The notes below the pieces were generated by a model. That model was not told where the DNA came from and did no database searches. It saw only the letters and a list, made by a program, of their open reading frames with translations. Both the position numbers and the translations under genes were made by a program. Shown one piece after another: positions 1 through 7,086 of a stretch of 64,000 nt of DNA; within the stretch, counting starts at the first letter, position 1, and the number at the start of each line of letters is the position of its first letter. The stretch is from a virus (lineage: Duplodnaviria; Heunggongvirae; Uroviricota; Caudoviricetes): IMG/VR virus record IMGVR_UViG_3300047554_000527, positions 72,387-136,386 of that record; one strand, given 5' to 3'.

Positions 1-21
1 ATCATACTGTAATTATAAAAG

Positions 22-45
22 AAAAGGCCGCCGAAGCAGCCTTTT
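22..45 (-). terminator. Rho-independent terminator after the OMP gene
   Basis: Minus strand reads AGGCTGC-TTCG-GCGGCCT followed by TTTCTTTT (UUCG tetraloop). Confidence 0.8.
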
Positions 46-63
46 GATTATCTAAAGTTCAAA

Positions 64-513
64 TTAGAACTTGTACTTTAGACCGGCAGCAACAGTGTTA
101 CCGTCAAATGCCTTAACACGGTCTTGACCGTATTGGCGACGAGCATCAACTGTAAAATCAACTGCCTTACTCAATGGAACAGCGGCACCAACACCTACGG
201 TCATTGCGTAACCTTCAACTGCGGAACTGTTATGCAGATGAGCAACACCGAGCTTAGGAGTGATTGTGACTGGGCCTAGTTTGGCTGCGTCATAACCAAC
301 TGTTAGGCTCAAACGATCTTGATCGTTAGCTTCCTTAGTGAAACGGTCGAAGCCGGCTGTGACACCAACCTTACCATACTTTTGGCCAAGAGTAACTCCA
401 TAACCAGTGTTGTTTTCACCAACGTATTCACGGCTGGCATTAACGCCTACTTCTAATGCAGATGCGGCGGTAGCAGCCAAAGCGATCAAAGATGCGATTG
501 CAATTTTCTTCAT
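64..513 (-). CDS. Outer-membrane beta-barrel protein (OmpA-TM/Ail/Lom-like)
   Basis: Sec signal peptide MKKIAIASLIALAATAASA, alternating amphipathic strands, C-terminal GLKYKF ending in Phe (Bam signal). Confidence 0.85.
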   Translation of the reverse strand: MKKIAIASLIALAATAASALEVGVNASREYVGENNTGYGVTLGQKYGKVGVTAGFDRFTKEANDQDRLSLTVGYDAAKLGPVTITPKLGVAHLHNSSAVEGYAMTVGVGAAVPLSKAVDFTVDARRQYGQDRVKAFDGNTVAAGLKYKF

Positions 514-557
514 AATTTACTTTCCTTTTAATTTAGATGAATTTACATCATCATACT

Positions 558-587
558 ATTATATATCAGTATTTGCCATGATGTCAA
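558..587 (-). promoter_or_regulatory. Sigma70-type promoter for the OMP gene
   Basis: TTGACA (587-582), 18 nt spacer, TATAAT (563-558). Confidence 0.75.
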
Positions 588-600
588 TAGATTCTGGGTA

Positions 601-624
601 AAAGAAAACCCGCCGAAGCGGGTT
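601..624 (-). terminator. Terminator at the end of the tmRNA coding piece
   Basis: AACCCGC-TTCG-GCGGGTT followed by TTCTTTT on the minus strand. Confidence 0.8.
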
Positions 625-945
625 CTGAGTTTCTGTTGCGAGGTATGTCTTACCCCAGGACGCTTTTAATCAAGCGGCCAATGCGTAACTTTCGTCATTT
701 GCATTTATTTTTGATTTGCTTTTTACGACTACTCCTGTCGTGCTGTCCACTCTGTTACTCTTTGCCCTGTCGAAACCATGACTGGCCCATCATAAAAGGA
801 CTAGAGCAAATACTACCACTACAACTACTACACCTATTGCTAGGCTACCTAAGTTGTCATCCATGCTAATCTCCTTTATGGTGGACCAGGCGGGAGTCGA
901 ACCCGCGTCCAGAACACTTTTCTCTTTGCTTCATACAGCAATAAC
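625..945 (-). ncRNA. ssrA: Circularly permuted two-piece tmRNA (acceptor piece ~945-879, intervening segment 878-789, coding piece 788 to ~625); tag (A)ANDESYALAA
   Basis: T-arm and acceptor end GACGCGGGTTCGACTCCCGCCTGGTCCACCA ends at 879. The 5' end GGGCCAGTCATGGTTTCGACAGGG starts at 788. GGGCCAG pairs with CTGGTCC and includes G3:U70. Tag ORF GCAAATGACGAAAGTTACGCATTGGCCGCTTGA at 702-670. The CCA piece precedes the 5' piece. Confidence 0.93.
790..864 (-). CDS. 24-aa single-pass membrane peptide MDDNLGSLAIGVVVVVVVFALVLL inside the tmRNA intervening segment
   Basis: SD AAAGGAG immediately after the CCA, 6 nt before ATG(864); uninterrupted hydrophobic stretch; TGA ends 1 nt before the tmRNA 5' G. 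Confidence 0.65.
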   Translation of the reverse strand: MDDNLGSLAIGVVVVVVVFALVLL

Positions 946-1084
946 TTATATTTAAACATCTTTTTTAAAAGATGTCAAATACTTTGGCAAACTTCCCAGG
1001 GCGTGTGGAGCCTTTACCGAGCCTTGTGTCCCTTTGCTATGCAAGATTGCCCCTGCGAAAGCGATGCAAAATTTTGCATCAAAT

Positions 1085-1837
1085 TTATTTAACTTCTGTT
1101 TTAAAAAATTTTTCTACAATACTGCCTGCAGGATCATATTCTCCTTGGTAGATAGCATGGTTATATAAGTTTGGGTACTTATGATGATTATTATGCAATC
1201 CTTCACTTAAGGAGATAATTTGAAACTGTGTGTTTGCACTAAGATCTAATGTATCATAATTTTTATAGAAAAATTTTCCAGAATTATGCGATAAAAATGT
1301 TCTAACTAAGTTAGTGTGTATCGTTGTGAAACCTACAGCAGTTAAAAGAAATAGTGTAATTCTGTAGTCTATTAACAGAGTCAATACTAAAATAAACAGC
1401 CAAATATGCAAATAATGTTTGTGAAAGAAATATACTGTTGGGTCTTTTATAAGATCATGTGGGATCCTAATTTTCTTCTTTAAGAAATATTCAACACTGT
1501 TTAAAGTAAAGAAAAAATTCTTAAAAATTCCATCTCTAGAGTTATGCGGATCTAAATCTGTATCACTGTGCTTGTGATGATGTCTATGAACAGCAACCGC
1601 ATGTATGATACTACCTTGGCCTGACAACAGGTGTGTTAGAAGTAAGAATATTTTTCTTTTCGGCCCTGTTTCAAAACTTCTATGACTTAGGTATCTGTGA
1701 TAACAAATTGCATTGCCAAAAATAGAAATTACAAAATGAAAACAAAATGCTGCCAAGATCCAAAATATACTAGCATAGACTATGCTATAAACAAGCGATG
1801 AGATTCCTAATATCCAAAACAATCTTACCGACCACAT
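1085..1837 (-). CDS. Membrane fatty acid desaturase (delta-9 type)
   Basis: His boxes HRYLSH, HRHHHKH, HNNHH and transmembrane segments. Confidence 0.9.
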   Translation of the reverse strand: MWSVRLFWILGISSLVYSIVYASIFWILAAFCFHFVISIFGNAICYHRYLSHRSFETGPKRKIFLLLTHLLSGQGSIIHAVAVHRHHHKHSDTDLDPHNSRDGIFKNFFFTLNSVEYFLKKKIRIPHDLIKDPTVYFFHKHYLHIWLFILVLTLLIDYRITLFLLTAVGFTTIHTNLVRTFLSHNSGKFFYKNYDTLDLSANTQFQIISLSEGLHNNHHKYPNLYNHAIYQGEYDPAGSIVEKFFKTEVK

Positions 1838-2346
1838 TAAATTTTGATTACCTCTATCTTAGACTTTTCTAAAAACTTTATTCCCGCATCATCTCGATAG
1901 TTTTCACCGAACCAAACACGACGAATACCTGACTGATAAATGAGCTTGGCACACTCGATACAAGGAGCGGTAGTAACAAAAAGGTCAGCCCCAACGCCAC
2001 TGTTGTGAGACTTCGCCAATTTTGCAATAGCATTTGATTCAGCATGGAGGACCTCTGGTTTAGTTTTAAGACGGTAGCGACCAATATATGCACCATCCTC
2101 GTCAGAGGTTTCAATGAATGGATACGCTGCCTCAAGTTCGTCGTAGTGCAGATCTTCAAATTGCGGATTCCAAAACTCTTTGTCTTCGCAGTTGTTGTCC
2201 CAACCTGCTGGCATACCATTATAGCCATAGCTGATAACCGTGTCATCTTTGACAATTACTGCACCCACGTGTCTGCGCTTGGCATGACTAAGTTCTGCGG
2301 CTCGACGAGCCCAGTCCATGTATAAATCTATATATTTTTGTTTCAT
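1837..2346 (-). CDS. dCMP deaminase
   Basis: HAESNAI and PCIEC zinc motifs; VGAVIVKD...GYNG. Confidence 0.92.
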   Translation of the reverse strand: MKQKYIDLYMDWARRAAELSHAKRRHVGAVIVKDDTVISYGYNGMPAGWDNNCEDKEFWNPQFEDLHYDELEAAYPFIETSDEDGAYIGRYRLKTKPEVLHAESNAIAKLAKSHNSGVGADLFVTTAPCIECAKLIYQSGIRRVWFGENYRDDAGIKFLEKSKIEVIKI

Positions 2347-3167
2347 TAGGCTACTCGCCAGATACTGTCAATGTTAGGGTTAGTTAAAGGTGTGCCGCCA
2401 GCATAGCTAATTGTAACATCACCGTCGCTAGGGTTGTTGTTCTTACCAGAAGTCGGAGTTTGGTTGCCTCCAACAAAAGTAGCCTTGCCATTGTTTAAGG
2501 TATAGATAAAATTAACGTGGCTATACTTCCAAAGAACAATATCACCGGGCTGAGCAGTAGCAGGAGTTACTTGGGTTGCGCCCCATCGATTAGGTTGTTG
2601 TTTAATGGCTTTTGCACTGGCTGTTTGAACATAGGTCTTTCCGGAGCATTTTAGCGCAAAATTAACAAAGCCCATACACCATGCGGTCTGGTCTGTGTTC
2701 CAAGGACTTCCGGAGTATCCCAATGCTTGCCATATCTTTAAAATGTTCTTATTGCTGGTGCCGCCACCTTGTCCAGACTCACGCCACATGCCTCGACCTG
2801 CTTCCTCGAGTGTAGCAGTTAGGAAAGGAATAATACCACTGGCAGTAGCTACATCAACAATACCTGTAGATGTTGTTGTATCTTCCGGAGTACCAGGATA
2901 GTTAGGTTTAACACCGTCCCGAGCAGCTTCTTTATTATAAAAGCTGTCAGGATTGCTAACGTATGCAGTTGTAGTCTCTGCGGCTGCTGTAACTTCTGCG
3001 GTGTATAGTGTCGGAGCAGAATTAATTGTGATGCCAACAAACCCTGCACTAGTACCTTCCTCTAACCATAAGGCTATCGGTACATTATTGGCATAGACAT
3101 TTGAACTGTGATAAACGTCCGCCACATGGACTACTCCATGAACTCCTGCGCCTGCTACATACGGCAT
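2346..3167 (-). CDS. Virion-associated CHAP/NlpC-P60-like amidase (TIGR02594-like C-terminus)
   Basis: AWCMGFVNFAL ... GDIV ... HVNF ... GGNQ motif set. Confidence 0.65.
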   Translation of the reverse strand: MPYVAGAGVHGVVHVADVYHSSNVYANNVPIALWLEEGTSAGFVGITINSAPTLYTAEVTAAAETTTAYVSNPDSFYNKEAARDGVKPNYPGTPEDTTTSTGIVDVATASGIIPFLTATLEEAGRGMWRESGQGGGTSNKNILKIWQALGYSGSPWNTDQTAWCMGFVNFALKCSGKTYVQTASAKAIKQQPNRWGATQVTPATAQPGDIVLWKYSHVNFIYTLNNGKATFVGGNQTPTSGKNNNPSDGDVTISYAGGTPLTNPNIDSIWRVA

Positions 3168-3190
3168 AAACTATCTCCTAATAGCTATAT

Positions 3191-3478
3191 TTACGCCAAT
3201 GCAATGCCAGTTGTGCCCTGCATGTATTGATCGGCAGCGTCTTTCTTGCTAGGGCCCATTGCTAGGATATGCTGATGCTTGAGCTTAACTTCGTCCTTAT
3301 TCACAAGGAACATAAACGGAATCATGCCCAATCCCTGAGGTCCTAGTGTAACTGCTAAGGGCTTAGAAATCTTAACATGATCGGCAATGTCTTCTTCTAG
3401 ACGGGCAATAATTTCTTCACCGGTGATTAATTTGATACTGACAACATCACCTGTTGCCATTGGCTTTTCTATTAACAT
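3191..3478 (-). CDS. Sm-like fold phage protein
   Basis: IKLITGEEIIA...KP...L...W/F pattern typical of T4-like Sm-domain proteins. Confidence 0.5.
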   Translation of the reverse strand: MLIEKPMATGDVVSIKLITGEEIIARLEEDIADHVKISKPLAVTLGPQGLGMIPFMFLVNKDEVKLKHQHILAMGPSKKDAADQYMQGTTGIALA

Positions 3479-3873
3479 TATAATTCTCCTGATTCTGCTA
3501 GTTTCAACATTAAGCTGTAATGTTCAAATGCTTTCCTAACTGCCGGATACATATCCCGCAATTCTTTTTCTCGTTCTTTCTGTTCTAGCACTGCTTGGAA
3601 CAGATTGTAGTGTCCAGTTTGCTTTGCATTGTTGAATACCTGTTCTTCAAAATCTGCAATGCGTTCAAGCTCACTTTCTGCGATCTCAACAGTGTATAAA
3701 GGTTCTGTGTCACGAACAACATCAATATGATTTTGTATCATATCGAAGTTGCCGGGATCTCTAAAGAAGTTTAGATTGACCTTATGATAGACATGTGCTC
3801 GCTTGTTTGTATCAAGCACACGTATCCTGTGATGCTCGCAGAACTTCTTTTTGATGTCATTCTGGTTGGACAT
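3478..3873 (-). CDS. Hypothetical protein (probable start MSNQND at 3873)
   Basis: Open frame abutting both neighbours; the longer start overlaps thyX. Confidence 0.6.
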   Translation of the reverse strand: MSNQNDIKKKFCEHHRIRVLDTNKRAHVYHKVNLNFFRDPGNFDMIQNHIDVVRDTEPLYTVEIAESELERIADFEEQVFNNAKQTGHYNLFQAVLEQKEREKELRDMYPAVRKAFEHYSLMLKLAESGEL

Positions 3874-4528
3874 ACTCTGTGACCATTGGGAAGATTTCGG
3901 CAATGACATTAGCACATGCACGAGCAACTTCCATATGTTCGCGCTGTGTTCCATTACCACTACGCAACTCGATAAAATGAACCCAAGAACGTAGTGTGCC
4001 GTTCATATATAAACGACTAACTGTATTACCTTCTGGTAAGATTGCACGAGCCTGTTCTTTAGCAATACCGTTTTCAATGGCCCAGGCATAGTTTTCTTTC
4101 ACAAGATCAATAACCTGTTGCTGTCTGCGATCCCACTCAGCAATTAACTCACGGTTATCTGTAGTGACACTGTTCTGACGATTCTTTGTGTCTTGCAGTC
4201 TAGCATCGCGAACTACAAAGTCTAGATCCTTAGTAGGATCTGCATAACGCTGACTGAACTCCTGGAAGCTAAAGCTACGATGTCTTAGGATTTGGCGAGC
4301 TATGTCGCGAGTAGTTTCGATTTCTAAACAGGCACTGACCATCTCCAATGGACTCCAATGCTTGTGTTTAACTAAGTAGCGGATCAGCTTTTCGGCAGTG
4401 TCCATGTTGTACTGATTAGCTGGATTACTAACACGAGCACAGAAAGCAATAAGTTCCTGCGCATCCATTAGTCCTTCGTCGTACATAGCACGACTAGGTT
4501 TGCTAGACGAAATTAATTTAACTTTCAT
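3857..4528 (-). CDS. thyX: Flavin-dependent thymidylate synthase
   Basis: RHRSFSFQEFSQRY ThyX motif, HWSPLE, AQREH-like QREHMEVA. Confidence 0.95.
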   Translation of the reverse strand: MKVKLISSSKPSRAMYDEGLMDAQELIAFCARVSNPANQYNMDTAEKLIRYLVKHKHWSPLEMVSACLEIETTRDIARQILRHRSFSFQEFSQRYADPTKDLDFVVRDARLQDTKNRQNSVTTDNRELIAEWDRRQQQVIDLVKENYAWAIENGIAKEQARAILPEGNTVSRLYMNGTLRSWVHFIELRSGNGTQREHMEVARACANVIAEIFPMVTEYVQPE

Positions 4529-4995
4529 TTATCTTCTTTCTTTGTTGGTAGGTCACACAAGGCTTCCATAGTCTTGTAGTGCTCATATGCTTTGCGTAGT
4601 GCTTCGAACTGTTCTAACTTTTCTGGGTTAGGTTGTAGGATGGCAAGGCGTTTGTTAATAGTTTCAATAGTTTCTTTAAAACTAACACCGCCTACTGTTA
4701 AATTTCCAGTAATTTCAGTATCTCCACTTACATGAAGTTTTTTATCGTCAGCAGTTGCAATGGCGCTAACTGTGTTAGCTGTAGAATAGGTATAGTTAGA
4801 CATATTTCCCCAAGTTCCGTTAAAACCCGCACCAGTTGATATAGTATAACTAGATCCTTGTGCGCCTATTGTAGATGTTGCCATAGAAGTCTTCATTAGG
4901 TCGTCAATCTCTTGAGCAGTAAAGCCTACATCTATTGTAAGATCGGTTGATGACCAATTATATTGATTAACTTTGAAGGTGTTGTCTGAGCTCAT
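4525..4995 (-). CDS. Hypothetical protein
   Basis: 156-aa ORF with ATGA overlap; C-terminal LAILQPNPEK...LRKAYEHYK segment. Confidence 0.6.
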   Translation of the reverse strand: MSSDNTFKVNQYNWSSTDLTIDVGFTAQEIDDLMKTSMATSTIGAQGSSYTISTGAGFNGTWGNMSNYTYSTANTVSAIATADDKKLHVSGDTEITGNLTVGGVSFKETIETINKRLAILQPNPEKLEQFEALRKAYEHYKTMEALCDLPTKKEDK

Positions 4996-5194
4996 TGAAT
5001 CCCCCGATTAACTGCTCGTTAATAAAGATTTGCGGCAATGTCCTTGCATTAGGAACGGCTTCTAATAGTTGTTCCTTGGTCCAAGTACCTTCTGTGATGT
5101 TGCGTTCTTCGTACTCAATACCACGGCTTTTTAATAAAGCCTTGGCTTGGTCACAGTAAGGACACATGTTTTTACTCCATACGATTGCTGTCAT
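4967..5194 (-). CDS. grxC: Glutaredoxin
   Basis: CPYC active site, TLPQIFI..IGGF; adjacent to nrdB. Confidence 0.92.
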   Translation of the reverse strand: MTAIVWSKNMCPYCDQAKALLKSRGIEYEERNITEGTWTKEQLLEAVPNARTLPQIFINEQLIGGFNELRQHLQS

Positions 5195-5223
5195 ATAATA
5201 ATTCCTTTGTATTAGTTTAGATG

Positions 5224-5251
5224 AAAAAAGGCCCTGAGGTCAAGGCCTTTT
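5224..5251 (-). terminator. Putative terminator after nrdB
   Basis: AAAAGGCC..GGCC inverted repeat followed by a T-run on the minus strand. Confidence 0.55.
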
Positions 5252-5266
5252 CGTGTTTTGGCAAAA

Positions 5267-6367
5267 TTAAAGATCAGGTAACTCTTCGTATTCTACAGTG
5301 TCACTCATGACACCGATGACGTAGTTAGTGCTTTCATTTTCTTGTAGTGCAGTCTGTTTCTTATTGATATTAACGTGCTTGTTAAACCAAGGAATTGGAC
5401 TGGTCTTGGGATGTTCTTCTTGGTACTTAATTCCAATTTCTTTAAGACGAGTAAATGCTGTGTAATCAACAAAGTCTTTTAGAATCTGTGCGTTAAGTCC
5501 AATGACTACACCCTTCTTGAATAGATAATCTGCCCAGGCTTTTTCTTCTGCAATAACTTCAAGATACATTGCATAAACTTCTTGAGCACACTCTTGTTCT
5601 AGTGTTAGGAAGTCTGGGTCGTCTTTGGTAACGTTATTGATCAGCCACGCTGTCCAGTCAGCATGTAGAATTTCATCTTGTAGGATCAAGCTAATGATGT
5701 TGCCGTTACCGATATAGATTTTATTTTCTACCATTGCTAGACTTGTAGCAAAGCTCACCATAAAGCGTAGAGCCTCCAATGCGTATGATGCGTGTAATGC
5801 CATCCAGATGGCTCGCTTATGGACCATTGTATCAATCTCTTCGCCCAACTCTTTACGACAATTGAGCTGATGCAGACTCTCATAGTAACGACCAATGTTA
5901 GCAGCCATACCAACAATTTCAGTCGTATCGTGAATCTTGTTAAATTCTTCTTTAGGTACTCCATATACGTTCCTAATAATATGACTGTAGCTCTTAGAGT
6001 GAATGTTAGTTTCAAAGAAACTCCAGTTACTGACTAATGCTTCGAGTTCGGGGATCGAGATAACAGGGCTGAAAACTTGGTTAGGAGCCCTACCTTGAAT
6101 GCTATCTAGAGCAGTCTGGCGAAGTAGGTTAGAAGTAAAAATATGCTTGACCGCATCAGTGGCTTCTTTGTGATCAATTTTATCTTTGGTTAAACTAATT
6201 TCTTCTGGTACCCAGAAGAAGCCACGGGCTAGTTCTTCGTACTTTTGAATCTTAGGATACTTAACTTCCTCAAAACGCTGTACTGTTACAGGACCTTCTG
6301 GATCCAGGAACATCTTACGCTTGAGATAATTTGTTTGTTTTGATAAGTTGTATTGTGCTTTACTCAT
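5267..6367 (-). CDS. nrdB: Ribonucleotide reductase class Ia beta subunit
   Basis: FFWVPEEI, ETNIHSKSY, DEILH di-iron motifs; C-terminal QENESTNY. Confidence 0.95.
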   Translation of the reverse strand: MSKAQYNLSKQTNYLKRKMFLDPEGPVTVQRFEEVKYPKIQKYEELARGFFWVPEEISLTKDKIDHKEATDAVKHIFTSNLLRQTALDSIQGRAPNQVFSPVISIPELEALVSNWSFFETNIHSKSYSHIIRNVYGVPKEEFNKIHDTTEIVGMAANIGRYYESLHQLNCRKELGEEIDTMVHKRAIWMALHASYALEALRFMVSFATSLAMVENKIYIGNGNIISLILQDEILHADWTAWLINNVTKDDPDFLTLEQECAQEVYAMYLEVIAEEKAWADYLFKKGVVIGLNAQILKDFVDYTAFTRLKEIGIKYQEEHPKTSPIPWFNKHVNINKKQTALQENESTNYVIGVMSDTVEYEELPDL

Positions 6368-6746
6368 TTGTGTGTTTCTTTCTATAATCTTCTACTGCCG
6401 CCTTAATCGCATCTTCAGCAAGAATTGAACAGTGTATTTTAACTGGAGGTAGGGCGAGTTCTTCAGCTATTTGGGAGTTCTTAATGCTTCCTGCCTCGTC
6501 AAGAGTCTTGCCTTTAACCCACTCTGTGACAAGAGAACTTGATGCAATCGCCGATCCGCATCCATACGTCTTAAAACGGGCGTCCTCAATAATACCGGTT
6601 TCATTATTAACCTTTATCTGTAATTTCATTACGTCACCGCAGGCAGGCGCACCCACCATACCGGTGCCAATAGTTTCATCAATATCAAATTTACCAACGT
6701 TACGTGGATTTTCATAATGATCAACAACTTTGTCTGAATAGGCCAC
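6360..6746 (-). CDS. iscU: Fe-S cluster scaffold IscU
   Basis: MAYSDKVVDHYENPRNVG, APACGDVMKLQIKV, FKTYGCGSAIASSS, LPPVKIHC. Confidence 0.97.
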   Translation of the reverse strand: MAYSDKVVDHYENPRNVGKFDIDETIGTGMVGAPACGDVMKLQIKVNNETGIIEDARFKTYGCGSAIASSSLVTEWVKGKTLDEAGSIKNSQIAEELALPPVKIHCSILAEDAIKAAVEDYRKKHTNE

Positions 6747-6755
6747 GACTACTCC

Positions 6756-7085
6756 TTAAACAGAAAAACTACTTCCGCAACCACAGGTTGTCTGTGCGTT
6801 GGGATTTTGAATCTTAAAGTTTGACCCCATAAGATCCTCTGTATAATCAATAACAGCACCTTCAAGATACTGCATACTCATTGCATCAATAAGAATTTTA
6901 ACGTTTCTTTTTTCAATGAGAAAGTCGTCCTCATTTTGTTCTTCGTCAAAAGTGAATCCGTATTGAAACCCAGAACAACCACCCCCTTGAACAAAAGTCC
7001 TAAGTTTTAAATTAGGATTGTTTTCTTCAATAAGGAGGTCGCTTATCTTGTCAAGAGCAGAGTCTGTAATAATTACCTGTTCCAT
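6756..7085 (-). CDS. erpA: A-type Fe-S carrier (ErpA/IscA/HesB); start MEQVII at 7085
   Basis: [21 protein letters not shown] and C-terminal CGCGSSF. Confidence 0.9.
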   Translation of the reverse strand: MEQVIITDSALDKISDLLIEENNPNLKLRTFVQGGGCSGFQYGFTFDEEQNEDDFLIEKRNVKILIDAMSMQYLEGAVIDYTEDLMGSNFKIQNPNAQTTCGCGSSFSV

Positions 7086-7086
7086 A

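Noticed and set aside
636-869. Plus-strand 77-aa ORF
   Set aside because: It is antisense to the tmRNA and its internal ORF; a shadow frame with no recognisable features.
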